The notes beneath the pieces were generated by a model. It made no database searches. It saw only the letters and a list, made by a program, of their open reading frames with translations, and was not told where the DNA came from. Both the position numbers and the translations under genes were made by a program. Of a DNA stretch of 64,000 nt, positions 31,201 to 41,217 are shown one piece after another. The stretch lies in contig CAXXKM010000002.1 of assembly GCA_963664435.2 (NCBI GenBank), forward strand, positions 832,001 through 896,000. The letters run 5' to 3'. Origin of the DNA: Longimicrobiales bacterium. GTDB lineage: Bacteria; Gemmatimonadota; Gemmatimonadetes; Longimicrobiales; Gaopeijiaceae. The number at the start of each line of letters is the position of its first letter. Position 1 is the stretch's first letter.

Positions 31201-31540
31201 AGAGGTGAAGGACGTTTCAACAGCGCGGCTCGCCAGGAAGGCGGGGCTGGGGGACCACCCCGGCTTCGACCTTCTGGCGGTGGGTGCCGATGGCGAAAAG
31301 CGCCACATCGAGGTGAAGGGCCGATCCGGTCGGGACGAAGTGTGGATGGAGGAGAACGAGTACCGGAAGGCCTGCAATCTCCGCCAGGACTACTGGCTGT
31401 ACGTCGTCCTGGATTGCGCCTCGTCCGTTCCGCGCCTGTCGCGGGTGAGGGATCCATTCTCAAAGCTGTTGGCGAAGCAAACGACCCGGATGAGGATTTC
31501 TGCGGGAGAGGTGCTGAGGGCGGCCGAGGCCGAGGAATGA
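28235..31540 (+). CDS. SNF2-family helicase with C-terminal DUF3883-like nuclease domain
   Basis: LLADDAGAGKT, DEAH, TATPH, EGINLQ, QRMGRIHRYGQ; GFDLL...IEVKGR. Confidence 0.92.
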   Translation: MDPPPLDFNGDPERLSLFVERLRLQHGYQFNPAFASEISRIDPLPHQRSAVYDHMLGEDPLRFLLADDAGAGKTIMTGLCVRGMLMRGRIRRVLIVPPAGLVGNWEQELRNLFRLRFRIVSGPDVRMGNPFSGPDSDRVIVSVDTLWGESAFEALAHPETDPYDLVVFDEAHKLSASAERGRVRKTQRYKLAEALAGCPPPAEYSALAWSARHLLLLTATPHMGKDSPYHHLWRLLDHRVFGAEEAFKRAGPATRAHHFVRRTKEEMVDFDGKPIFRERHCDTFGYDLSPGTDGERALYDRTTFYLLHTYNLASGNQQAARLAMGVFQRRLVSSTWALLKSFERRIGKLGQMVDHLEAGRLDLTGLRSAQGALTAKYSADYFDAHDASDDMDDDTRRERSADYEDSVLGAVVAVSAEELREEIKTLEDLSGRARRLVESGHESKFERLREVLEHPGQGEEKWLVFSEHRDTVDYLIERLEGLGYAGLVASIHGGMTWQEREEQVERFRDSNGARFLVATDAAGEGINLQFCRLMVNYDIPWNPARLEQRMGRIHRYGQKHDVRIVNLVSTDTREGRVLQVLLERLDAIRRELHSDKVFDVIGRLFENESFSEYMRDAMSDEGERRSRVRLEAGLAPGAVSDIDARERRRYGGGGDVARRLPTMRDAIDRERYLHLLPANVRRFVERACPLLGLRVRGNLDKTFSLVPSRAGALDPLLQGLETYPADARERLRVRRPAENERCVWLHPGEPVFDAMSDEVAARCREDAFRGAIYIDPRAESPCLLHLGEIGVNEEAADTNSSARETLSRELAVLRQDEDGVVSKVSLEAFAFLQNADHVPPGAVPLAARAATLRTGAATRLEEEAERLARERRAALEAELPERRRRVGINFNLRAAELADRRSALSKSARADPDERERVVREQKALGEQRALTFEELSAAPRRIVPGHVRFLAHALVLPATGDEEREAFDADVERTAMAIATLWERSRGAEVKDVSTARLARKAGLGDHPGFDLLAVGADGEKRHIEVKGRSGRDEVWMEENEYRKACNLRQDYWLYVVLDCASSVPRLSRVRDPFSKLLAKQTTRMRISAGEVLRAAEAEE

Positions 31541-31696
31541 TGACCGCTGCCGTTGCCCGAGCGGCGACCGGAGGTTGCCACGGGGCGCCGGCGGCATGAA
31601 CAATTCACCGTGCCTGGCCGCTCGTCTCCGAGCGACCCAACGACCTCCACGCCGCCTGTTGGCGGGTGCCCCGAGCGAACCCGAGTCCAAGGTGCG

Positions 31697-34600
31697 ATGA
31701 CCCGCCTCTCCGAAACTACGATTCCGCTTCGGCAGATCTCCCTCGACTCGGTCCACGAGAAGCACGTCCGCCACGGCCACATCTCAACGCTCCATATCTG
31801 GCCTGCCCGGCGTCCTCTGGCGGCCAGCCGCTCCATGCTATTGGCGACCCTGCTGCCGGATCCCGGCGACGCGGAAGAGCGGCGACGCTTGGCCGAACTC
31901 TTGGGCGGCCGTCTTGTCCCGAAGAAGCTCAAGGGCGGTGGGGAGGACCCGCACCTAAAGGAGACCGACGGGGGCATTCTCCACTGGGGCCGGGAGAACA
32001 GCTTGGAACTCGACCGTTTCCGGGCGCGCATCCGCGAAGCCTTCGGCGGCCGCGCGCCCCGCGTCCTCGATCCCTTCTCCGGTGGCGGTGCGATCCCGCT
32101 GGAGGCGATGCGGCTCGGCTGTGAGACGTTTGCGGCGGACCTGAATCCCGTCGCGTGGTTTGTGCTGCGGTGTACGCTTCACTACCCGCATCTGGTCGGT
32201 CCGGGCGATGGGACGCTCCCCGGCTTCGCCATAGCCGACCGGGATTTCGCCACCGCTCTGGTGAAGGCCCGACTCAAATCCCAAGGTGTGAATCACACAC
32301 CGGCCCGAATCCGAAATGCCCTTGCTGAATTCGGCCATCGTGACGGGGGCGACGTGCAGCTCACCACTGCTCTGGCCGCCGCTGCGCCCACGGGCGCGAA
32401 CTTTGCTTGGCACGTGAGGGCGTGGGGGTTCCGGGTCCGGGACCGCGTGCGCCGGAAGCTGGCCGCGCGGTATCCGGTGTATGCCTACTTCGAGCCACGG
32501 CGGCGGAAAGGGCGCGGGAGGAAGGCGGTTGGACCGCTGATCCCGTTCAGAACTCGAGCTCCCCGCCTGCTAAGGCCTGATTCGCAGGGACAGGTGTCCG
32601 TCGAAGCTCTGAACCGCGAGTACGACCGGAGGTACCTCGAAGACGACCGGAACCCGCGCTGGGTCGCCAAGCCGGTTGTCGCCTGCCTGTGGGCACGCAC
32701 GGCCGAGTGTGGGGGGTGCCGCTCCGAGATACCCCTACTCAAGACACGGTGGCTGTGCAAGAAGAGCGACCCGGTCAAGCGCGTCCTGCTGTCGATGGAC
32801 GCGGACGCCGATTCCCGCCGTGTCGACTTCGGAATCGAGTCGGACGTGCCCCTATCGACTGGCTCGGCGGCGCAGAAGCGCGCTCAAGACCAGAGGCTGG
32901 GCAAGGGGGCCATGAGCCGCAGTGGCGCCACCTGCCCCTGCTGCGGGGCGGTAACCAAGATGAAGGAGTTGCGTGCGCAGGGGCGGTCGGGACGGTTGGG
33001 TGTCCGAATGACTGCCGTGGTGATCGACGGGCAGAAGGGAAAGGAGTACCGGCTGCCAACAGACGACGATCTGGCCGGGGCGCAGGTGGACGCGGATGAG
33101 ATCGCAGCGCTGTACGAAGCGATTCCGTTCGGGCTGCCAGGTGAACAGACGCCGAAGGCGGGCATGGGAGCTTCGCGGGCGTTTTCTGTTGACGGGTACG
33201 GCTTCGATACTTGGGGCACTCTGTTTACCGACCGGCAATTGCTCGCGCTCGGCACGATTCTACGCGAGATCCGCGACGTGCGCGAGGAGATCGCTGAGCA
33301 CGGCTACCCTGAAGAGTGGCAAGAAGCGCTGACGGCATATCTGGCATGCACCCTGAGCAAGCTCGCCGACTACAGCAGTTCCATCTGCTCTTGGAACAAC
33401 AGTGGGGAGAAGCTCCGCCAGACCTTTGCCCGGTTCGCCCTTCCGATGGTCTGGGACTATTGCGAGGTGAACCCGCTTTCGGCTACTACGGGCGGGTTCA
33501 TGGCGATGCTCGACTGGGTCGCCCGCTATCTGGACCACGGGCTGGCCGCCGTTGCGGATGGTCCGGCCCCGGACATCGCTGCGCGTAGCGCCCTCGCTTC
33601 CCAGCCCGGAACCCTCGATCTCGTCTGCACAGATCCGCCCTATTACGATGCGATCCCCTACTCCGACCTGATGGACTTTTTTCAGGTTTGGCTGCGGCGA
33701 GCGCTCCGTGGCGTCTCGCCCGAGATCGATGAAGTTTTCGCCGATCCGCTTGGCCCCAAGTGGCAGACGGCGGACGGGGACGGCGAACTCATCGACGACG
33801 CCAGCCGGTTCGGAGGCGACCCGGAGGCGTCCAAGAAGAACTATGAGGACGGGATGGCTCGGGCCTTCGCCCGGTGCCACGACGCGCTACGGGATGACGG
33901 ACGCCTCGTGGTGGTGTTTGCCAACAAGGACCCGGATGCTTGGGAGACCCTCGTAGCGGCGCTTGTTCGCTCTGGATTCATGGTGACCGGCTCCTGGCCC
34001 ATCCAGACCGAGATGCAGACCCGGCAACGGGCCATGGCGTCCGCTGCCCTCGCCTCATCCATCTGGCTCGTCTGCCGGAAGCGTACCGCCACCCGACCCG
34101 GGTGGGAATCCAACGTGCTCGGCGAGATGCATGAGAAGATCACCGGCAAGCTCCGCGACTTCTGGGATGCGGGCATTCGCGGACCTGACTTCGTGTGGTC
34201 GGCCACCGGCCCCGCGCTTGAGGCATTCAGCCGGTACCCGGTGGTCAAGCGCGGTGTCGGCGAAGGGGAAATGCAGGTCGGGGAGTTCCTTGCGAGCGTC
34301 CGGCGCATGGTGGTCGGCTTCGTCGTGGGGCGGCTTCTGTCGCAGAGCGATGGCACCGCTGGCGACCTCGACGAACTCACGACCTACTACCTTCTGCACC
34401 GGCACGACTTCGGGATGGACGGAGCGCCGGCGGGTGCCGTCATCCTCTACGCAATGTCGTGCAACTTCAAGGACGCCGACCTGCTCGGCCGTTACGACCT
34501 GCTGGTGCGCGGGAAGGCCAGTCAGGGCGATGAAGATGCGGCCGGAGGATCGGACAGCGAGTTCCGACTCAAGCGTTGGAGCCGGCGGAAGGCCGGGTCG

Positions 34601-34867
34601 GGCGGGACAGATGGAGAAGTAACCCCGCTGATCGACAGCCTCCACGGGACCATGCGCCTCTGGAGGAAGGGGGATCTGGCTCAGGTTAACGAGTTCTTGG
34701 ACGCGCGAGGGCTACGTAAGAGCGAAGTGTTCGCAAGCGTCGTGCAGGCCGTGCTGGAGATGGCCGCGCCGGGGTCCGAAGAACGGTCCACGCTGGAGAA
34801 GCTCCAGAATCATCTCGGCAGGGGAAGGCCCTCCGGTCGCGTCCGCGATGCCACGCTGTGGGATTAG
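31697..34867 (+). CDS. DUF1156-domain adenine DNA methyltransferase with Zn ribbon
   Basis: TLHIWPARRPLAASR, DPFSGGGAIPLEA, TDPPYYD, CxxC pairs. Confidence 0.92.
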   Translation: MTRLSETTIPLRQISLDSVHEKHVRHGHISTLHIWPARRPLAASRSMLLATLLPDPGDAEERRRLAELLGGRLVPKKLKGGGEDPHLKETDGGILHWGRENSLELDRFRARIREAFGGRAPRVLDPFSGGGAIPLEAMRLGCETFAADLNPVAWFVLRCTLHYPHLVGPGDGTLPGFAIADRDFATALVKARLKSQGVNHTPARIRNALAEFGHRDGGDVQLTTALAAAAPTGANFAWHVRAWGFRVRDRVRRKLAARYPVYAYFEPRRRKGRGRKAVGPLIPFRTRAPRLLRPDSQGQVSVEALNREYDRRYLEDDRNPRWVAKPVVACLWARTAECGGCRSEIPLLKTRWLCKKSDPVKRVLLSMDADADSRRVDFGIESDVPLSTGSAAQKRAQDQRLGKGAMSRSGATCPCCGAVTKMKELRAQGRSGRLGVRMTAVVIDGQKGKEYRLPTDDDLAGAQVDADEIAALYEAIPFGLPGEQTPKAGMGASRAFSVDGYGFDTWGTLFTDRQLLALGTILREIRDVREEIAEHGYPEEWQEALTAYLACTLSKLADYSSSICSWNNSGEKLRQTFARFALPMVWDYCEVNPLSATTGGFMAMLDWVARYLDHGLAAVADGPAPDIAARSALASQPGTLDLVCTDPPYYDAIPYSDLMDFFQVWLRRALRGVSPEIDEVFADPLGPKWQTADGDGELIDDASRFGGDPEASKKNYEDGMARAFARCHDALRDDGRLVVVFANKDPDAWETLVAALVRSGFMVTGSWPIQTEMQTRQRAMASAALASSIWLVCRKRTATRPGWESNVLGEMHEKITGKLRDFWDAGIRGPDFVWSATGPALEAFSRYPVVKRGVGEGEMQVGEFLASVRRMVVGFVVGRLLSQSDGTAGDLDELTTYYLLHRHDFGMDGAPAGAVILYAMSCNFKDADLLGRYDLLVRGKASQGDEDAAGGSDSEFRLKRWSRRKAGSGGTDGEVTPLIDSLHGTMRLWRKGDLAQVNEFLDARGLRKSEVFASVVQAVLEMAAPGSEERSTLEKLQNHLGRGRPSGRVRDATLWD

Positions 34868-34962
34868 CCGACTTGAGAGGGTTCGCGTGCATCCGGTAGA
34901 TTGCTTGCCACCGACAGAGATTGACCGTCCGCGGTGACGATGGCCGCCGCAAGGAGTTGCAA

Positions 34963-35253
34963 ATGTTAGCCAGTGAGGCCGTTCAAGCGGCAAAGGACTA
35001 CGTCCTGGACCTTTTTGAGGACGAGAAGATCGCCCGCGTTGGACTGGAGGAACTTGAGTTCAGGGCTGAGGATGGCATATGGGAAGTCACGATCGGCTTT
35101 CAGCGCCTGTGGCAAACCGACTCTCCCGACCGATTGGGCAATGTCCTTCTCCCGCCGCCCGCGAAGCCCGGCCGGACCTACAAGACCGTCTGCATACACG
35201 ACGACGGGACGGTCGTCTCCCTGAAGCACCGCGATGTCTCCGTCCCGGCCTGA
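34963..35253 (+). CDS. Small acidic hypothetical protein (possible partner of the PIN protein)
   Basis: RBS AAGGAG; LEELEF...WEVTIGF...RTYKTV; overlaps the PIN gene. Confidence 0.7.
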   Translation: MLASEAVQAAKDYVLDLFEDEKIARVGLEELEFRAEDGIWEVTIGFQRLWQTDSPDRLGNVLLPPPAKPGRTYKTVCIHDDGTVVSLKHRDVSVPA

Positions 35254-35734
35254 CGGAGTCCATCCAAGCGGGGTCTTCGTAGACGCCAACCTTCTGGTGC
35301 TGCTCGTCGCGGGGGCGCTGGATCCAGAAATCATAGCTCGGCACCGGCGGTTACGGACGTTCGCATCCGAAGACTTCGCGCGCGTGCGGGAGATGGTCGG
35401 TCGCTTCGAGCGTGTTCTGGTCACGCCCAACACGCTCACGGAGGCATCGAACTTGTTGGGGCAGCACCGCGAGCCGGAGAGGTCCCGCCTGTTGACGACT
35501 CTTCGCTTCCTGATCGGCGAGAGCCACGAGGTCGTCGTGGCGAGCGCCAAGGCGGCCGGGCACCCGTCCTTCCCCCGGCTCGGCCTGACCGATGCGGGGC
35601 TGCTGCGTCTCGTCTCGCGGGACACGCCCCTCGTCACCGTGGACCTCGACCTCTACCTTGCCGCATCGAAAGCGGATCCGTCATCGGCCGTCAACTACCG
35701 TCATCACCAAGAGCGATACGCTCGATCCAACTGA
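35234..35734 (+). CDS. PIN-domain protein
   Basis: VFVDANLL, TPNTLTEASN, LGLTDAGL, LVTVDLDL. Confidence 0.85.
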   Translation: MSPSRPDGVHPSGVFVDANLLVLLVAGALDPEIIARHRRLRTFASEDFARVREMVGRFERVLVTPNTLTEASNLLGQHREPERSRLLTTLRFLIGESHEVVVASAKAAGHPSFPRLGLTDAGLLRLVSRDTPLVTVDLDLYLAASKADPSSAVNYRHHQERYARSN

Positions 35735-35760
35735 TTCCAGCCACGCCCCGCTAGGACGCC

Positions 35761-38700
35761 ATGCCACCCGCTCTCACCCCTTGGCACCATGCCGTAACGC
35801 TCAAGTCCGAGTTGCGGACCGGGGAGTTATCGCTGTCACAGTTCGCCGCCGACCTCCACGAAGTGGCGAGCCGGGCCGGTCGGCGTCCCCTGTACGAGGA
35901 TCCCGAGAAGTTCTTTGCCCTGACCTATCCCACCTTCGCGCTGCGCGACTTGGCCCGTGACGTGGCCGCGCGGCTGGCGGGACGGAGCGACAAGGCGGTC
36001 CGCCAGCTGGAGATGACCTACGGCGGGGGCAAGACCCACACGCTCATCACCCTGCATCACCTCTTTCGCGATCCAGACCACCTTCCCGATCTCAAGACTG
36101 TCCGTGAATTCCGAAAGCACTCTGACGTTGAACTCCCCAAGGCCGCGACCGCAGCGCTCTGCTTCGACAAGATCGACGTGGAACAAGGGATCACGGATGT
36201 GCGCGGACCCGGCGGCGAGACCCGTGCGCTGCGGCACCCATGGAACATCCTCGCTTTCCAGCTCGCGGGCACCGACGGACTCCGGATCCTGCACGGCGAC
36301 GACTCCGCCGAGGAACGCGACACGGCTCCAGCGGAACCGTTGCTGGTCGAGGTGATCGAACGGCAACAGAAGGCCGATGGACGGGCGACGCTGATCCTTC
36401 TCGACGAGGTGATGATGTACGCCCGCGCACAGGCCGCACGGGACCGGACGTGGGTGGACAGGCTTCAGAATTTCTTTCAGGCCCTCACGCAGGCGGTCGC
36501 CAAGGTGGACCGGGCCGCCATGGTGGCCTCGCTGCTCGCGACCGACCCGGCGAAGACGGGCGACGAGCTTGGCAAGGGCGTGCTGCGGGATCTTGCCAAC
36601 ATCTTTCAGCGCCAGCGCGAAGAGGGAATTCAGCCGGTCCAGAAGGAAGACGTGGCTGAGGTGCTCCGGCGTCGGTTCTTCGAACCCGGAAGCATCGAGG
36701 ATCCGGCTTCGTTCCGACCGCATGTCATCGGGGTGGTGAAGGGCATCGCCAAGATCGACGAGACCACGAAGGGCGAGCAGAAACGGGCGGAGAAGCGATT
36801 TCTGGCGAGCTTCCCCTTCCACCCCGATCTGACGGATGTGTTCTACACCCGTTGGACGGAGATCGAGGGATTCCAGCGGACGCGCGGCATCCTGCGGACG
36901 CTGGCCATCGCACTGCGGGACGCGGAAGAGCGGGGCGACCCGAGCCCGCTGATCGGGCCGTCCGTCCTGTTGAACCGATTGGGGGCGGGCACCGTTTCCG
37001 AGGCGGTCAGAGAACTGGCCGGAATCGCGACCAAGGACACGGTGAAGGGGAGAAGGACGGAATGGATTCCGCTTCTTGAGAAGGAGATGGAGATCGCCCG
37101 CGAGGCTCAGGACGAAGTTCCTTCCCTCAGCGCTTCTCGGGAGTTGGAACAGGCGGTCGCGACCGTCTTCCTCCATTCACAGCCGGTCGGACGGAAGGCG
37201 AGGACCAGCGAGTTGCTCCGACTCGTGGGAGGGGCCGGACCCGACTCAATCGAGTTGCGGAAGGGCCTTCGGCGGTGGCGCGATACCTCCTGGTTCCTGG
37301 ACGACGAGGACGAAGACGCTCAAGTCGAGGACACCGACAGCCTGCCCGGGACATGGCGACTCGGCAACGCGCCCAATCTGCGCCAGATGCACGATCAAGC
37401 GTGCCACGACCGGGTGACCGCCGACGCGGTCGATGAACGTCTCAGAACGGCAATCGGCAAGACCGCAAGTCTCTGGAACGGTGCACAGGCCGCCGGTGCC
37501 ACCGTCCACAAGCTGCCCCGTTCTCCCCGCGACGTGGGCGACACGGTTCAGTTCCGATTCGCGATCCTTGGCCCGGAGGCCGCTTCGTCGTCCGGCAAGC
37601 CCAGCAAGGTGGCCCGGAGTTTCCTCGACCACGCCGCCGGCTCCGACAGTCCGCGGGTGTACCGCAACGCCTTGGTGTTGGTGGTGCCGTCCCCGGAAGG
37701 GGTGGACGCCGCGCGCAGCAAGACTCGAAGCCTCTTGGGATGGGAAGACGTTGAGACGCAGCTCACCGCGCGTTCCATCGACCCCGTCCGCCGCGAGCGC
37801 CTGCGCCGCAACATCAGGCAGGCGGCGGCCGAACTTCCGGGCGTGATCCGGCAGGCCTACGGAATCGTCGTGACCGTCAACGAACGAAATGGAGTCCATG
37901 CCTTCAAGCTACCGGGAAGCAGCCAACTCCTGTTCGAGGAGGTCAAGAACCACGAAAAGGCCCGGATCGTGGACACGCCCGTCAACCCCGAGGCGCTCCT
38001 TCCCGACGGGCCGTACGGCCTCTGGGAGGAAGGAGACGACGCTCGTCTCGCCAGCCAGTTGAGCGAAGCGTTCGCCCGCTTTCCCCGACTCCCGAAGGTG
38101 CTCAAGCCGGAGTTGGTCACCCGCACCGTCCTCGGGGGTGTGCGCGAGGGGCTGCTCGCAGCCCGGCTGAGACGTCCCGACGGCAGCGTCCGGACTTGGT
38201 GGTGGGAAGATGTCGAGGCCGTGGCGGCGGCCGACGCCCAGCTTGAAATCGTCCTTCCCGACAAGGCGCAGCTTGCCCGGCTGGACCATCGACTGCTCAG
38301 GCCCGGCGTGTTGCCGGACCTGTGGACCAGCGGCGACGACGAGCCCTTCGAGCCCTTGTCCGCCAATGTGCTGCTGAAGTACTTCGCTGGTGGACATGTG
38401 GCGACCATCGCGAAAGAGAGCTACGAGGACCACCTGCCGATCCCAGCCTGCCGCGACGACATCTTGTTGGAAGCGGTGAACGAAGCGGTGGCGGACGGGA
38501 CGTTGTGGGTCACGAACCCGCCCGCGACGGTCTGGAAGGAGCCGGTCCCCGCCGGGACTCTCAGCCCGAACGCCGAGTTGCGCCCCCCTCCGGAGCCGGT
38601 GGCAGCCCAGGACCTTACCGAAGGCGCCCTGCCAGAGGCTTGGTCGGAGAACCGGACCAGCGGTCTCTCGTTGACCCAAGCCCTCGGCCAGAAACGATCC

Positions 38701-39072
38701 GAAGCGGTCCCGTGGGGAGTCGTGCGCGAAGGAATCGCCGCCGCAGTCAATACCCGCTGGCTTCTCCGAACGGCGGACAGCGGACCCATCGAGTGTACCT
38801 ACGACCAAGCCCACAAGGTGATCCTTGAGAAGCCGAAGCTCGGCAAGAGGCCCAAACCTCCGCAAAAGGCCACTCCGGTCGCGGCAGAACTGGATGCGGC
38901 GCAAATGCAGGACTTGGCTGACCGGGCACCCAACCTGCTGGCCGCAATCGGCGCGGCCGAGTTGCGGTTTGGCGTACATGTGAGAGCGAGCGACGAAGTT
39001 GCGGACGAAGACCGCGAGCGGGTCAACGAGATCCTTGGCGAAGTATCACCAGGACTCAAGCTCGCGAAGTGA
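35761..39072 (+). CDS. DUF499-family AAA+ ATPase
   Basis: TPWHHAVTLK, FAADL, YGGGKTHTL, ILLDE, SFPFHPDL, FQRTRGILR. Confidence 0.92.
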   Translation: MPPALTPWHHAVTLKSELRTGELSLSQFAADLHEVASRAGRRPLYEDPEKFFALTYPTFALRDLARDVAARLAGRSDKAVRQLEMTYGGGKTHTLITLHHLFRDPDHLPDLKTVREFRKHSDVELPKAATAALCFDKIDVEQGITDVRGPGGETRALRHPWNILAFQLAGTDGLRILHGDDSAEERDTAPAEPLLVEVIERQQKADGRATLILLDEVMMYARAQAARDRTWVDRLQNFFQALTQAVAKVDRAAMVASLLATDPAKTGDELGKGVLRDLANIFQRQREEGIQPVQKEDVAEVLRRRFFEPGSIEDPASFRPHVIGVVKGIAKIDETTKGEQKRAEKRFLASFPFHPDLTDVFYTRWTEIEGFQRTRGILRTLAIALRDAEERGDPSPLIGPSVLLNRLGAGTVSEAVRELAGIATKDTVKGRRTEWIPLLEKEMEIAREAQDEVPSLSASRELEQAVATVFLHSQPVGRKARTSELLRLVGGAGPDSIELRKGLRRWRDTSWFLDDEDEDAQVEDTDSLPGTWRLGNAPNLRQMHDQACHDRVTADAVDERLRTAIGKTASLWNGAQAAGATVHKLPRSPRDVGDTVQFRFAILGPEAASSSGKPSKVARSFLDHAAGSDSPRVYRNALVLVVPSPEGVDAARSKTRSLLGWEDVETQLTARSIDPVRRERLRRNIRQAAAELPGVIRQAYGIVVTVNERNGVHAFKLPGSSQLLFEEVKNHEKARIVDTPVNPEALLPDGPYGLWEEGDDARLASQLSEAFARFPRLPKVLKPELVTRTVLGGVREGLLAARLRRPDGSVRTWWWEDVEAVAAADAQLEIVLPDKAQLARLDHRLLRPGVLPDLWTSGDDEPFEPLSANVLLKYFAGGHVATIAKESYEDHLPIPACRDDILLEAVNEAVADGTLWVTNPPATVWKEPVPAGTLSPNAELRPPPEPVAAQDLTEGALPEAWSENRTSGLSLTQALGQKRSEAVPWGVVREGIAAAVNTRWLLRTADSGPIECTYDQAHKVILEKPKLGKRPKPPQKATPVAAELDAAQMQDLADRAPNLLAAIGAAELRFGVHVRASDEVADEDRERVNEILGEVSPGLKLAK

Positions 39073-39096
39073 TTCGCGCCACCTACCGGCGGCGGG

Positions 39097-39238
39097 GATT
39101 CCCGCCAACCGACCCCGATTTTCCCGCTTTCGTGACCTGATCGGATCGGATGCGGTCCAATGGCAGGAGTGGCAGATCGTGCAGTCCTGGTTAGACTTAC
39201 GTGATCTCCTGCCGTGATGTTGGCCGTTAGAAATCCGC
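39097..39238 (-). repeat. Distal end of element D
   Basis: GATTCCCGC 39097-39105; box 39170-39184; GCCGTGAT 39211-39218; exactly 20 bp to the core. Confidence 0.88.
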
Positions 39239-39245
39239 CTACGCG

Positions 39246-40826
39246 GCCGAACTGGCGCGTGTGTCGGTGTGGATCGGTGAAATCCAGTGGATGCGCCGCA
39301 ACGGGTTTCCAGGTGCGCGGCAGCCCGTGCTCGACCCGCTGGAGACGATCGAGTGTAGTGACGCAATCGTGACGCCGGAGGGTGGAGAGCCGGAGTGGCC
39401 CGACGCGGATGTCATCATCGGCAACCCTCCGTTCCTGGGCGGCAAGCTGCTCATCACGAACCTCGGCGAGGAATATGTCTCGACCATGTTCGACGTGTAC
39501 AATGGCCGGGTGCCGCGCGAGGCCGATCTGGTCTGCTACTGGTTCGTGAAGGCTGGCGACCATCTGGAGGGAAGGAGCTCGACAAGGGTTGGCATGGTGG
39601 CGACCAACTCCATTCGGGGTGGTGCCAACCGGCGGGCGCTGGAGAAGGCGACGGACGGCAGGCCGATTTTCGACGCTTGGAGCGACGAGCCGTGGGTGAT
39701 CGATGGAGCGGCCGTGCGGGTCTCGCTGATTTGTTTCTCGCAAGCGGACGACGAGCTCATCGCGGCGGTTCGGTTCGACGGCGCGCCGGTGGACGAAATC
39801 TACACGGATCTGACGGCGCGCCGGGACGGGGCTGGGGTCGACCTGACAAAGGCGCAGCGCCTCTCCCGGAACGCGGGCGTTGCCTTCATGGGCGACACCA
39901 AGGGCGGGCCGTTCGACGTTCCAGGTGACCTCGCCAGGGAGTGGCTGCGGGAGCCAGCCAATCCCAATGGCCGCCCCAACTCGGACGTACTCAGGCCTTG
40001 GATGAACGGTATGTCCATCACCCGACGGCCTGCCGACAAGTGGATCGTTGACTTCGGCTTGACCATGGTGAGGGAGGAAGCCGCCCTGTACCAAACTCCC
40101 TTCCAGCACGCCCAGGAACACGTCCGGCCCACATGGAAGGGACAACGGGCAGCCGGGAGACGAAATCAGTGGTGGTTGCACCACCGGCCACGACCGAAGA
40201 TGTGGGGGGCTCTCGATGGGCTGGAGCGGTACATCGTCACGCCCACCGTCGCCAAGTATCGCCTTTTCGCCTGGCTCGATATCCGGATCTGCCCTGACCA
40301 CCAACTGATCGTCATCGCCCGCGACGACGACACCACTTTCGGGATCCTGCACAGCCGATTCCACGAAGTTTGGTCGCTCCGCAAAGGCACTTGGCAGGGC
40401 AAGGGCAACGATCCCCGCTACACTCTCACGACGACATTCGAGACCTTCCCCTTTCCAGAAGGACTCTCACCTGACGTGCCTGGCAGCGACTACCTCACGG
40501 ATCCACGCGCGCAGGCCATCGCTTCTGCAGCGCGGCGACTCGTCGAACTCCGGGAACGCTGGCTCCACCCTCCGGAGTGGGTGGAGTGGGTCGAGGAACC
40601 TGTTTCCGGCTATCCCCGGCACCCGGTGCCGCGTGACGAGAAAGCCGCAATCGCGCTCAAGAAGCGGACCCTGACCAACCTCTACAACGCCCGGCCCCAG
40701 TGGCTCGTCGACGCTCATGCTCAGCTCGATGCGGCCGTGGCGGCCGCCTACGGGTGGCCCACCGACATCACGGACGACGCGGTGTTACGCGAACTGCTTA
40801 TCCGAAACGGCGCGGAAGGGCACTGA
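39246..40826 (+). pseudogene. MmeI-like restriction-methyltransferase, 3' half
   Basis: AELARVSVWIGEIQW; motif IV IIGNPPF; ADLVCYWF; TNSIRGG; FETFPFP; LDAAVAAAYGW. Confidence 0.9.
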
Positions 40827-40952
40827 CGCAATCTGTCGGGGGGTAGCGAGTGTCAGCCCACAAGATGTTGTGGCGGGGCTTGAACAGCCCTCCGGAATCC
40901 GGTAGAATACCGATCCTTTTCCTGAACCTCGTAGCGAAGGAGTAATTTCGTA

Positions 40953-41177
40953 ATGGGTAACAGTCACCACGTAGTGCCGAATCCGGATGGCGGGTGGGAC
41001 GTGAAGCGCTCGGGGGCGTCGCGAGCCAGCCGTCACTGCGACACGAAGGCGGAAGCTGTTGACGTTGGCCGGGAGATCAGCCGCAACCAGCGCACCGAGT
41101 TCGTCGTTCACCGGCAGAATGGAACCATCCAGCGGAAGGACAGCCACGGCAATGATCCGAGGCATATCCCCGGCTGA
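40953..41177 (+). CDS. DUF2188-domain protein
   Basis: HHVVPNPDGGWDVK...HRQNGTIQRKDSHGNDP; RBS AAGGAG. Confidence 0.88.
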   Translation: MGNSHHVVPNPDGGWDVKRSGASRASRHCDTKAEAVDVGREISRNQRTEFVVHRQNGTIQRKDSHGNDPRHIPG

Positions 41178-41217
41178 AGCCCGCAAGGGCCTTCATCTGC
41201 GCTACGCCAGATAACTC

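Larger units (their letters stand above)
23260..39245 (-). mobile_element. IME D, 15,979-bp excisable unit; core CTACGCG (10-bp repeat CGCCTACGCG)
   Basis: Direct repeats at 23257-23266 and 39236-39245; both family end motifs present; excision restores an open reading frame. Confidence 0.93.
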
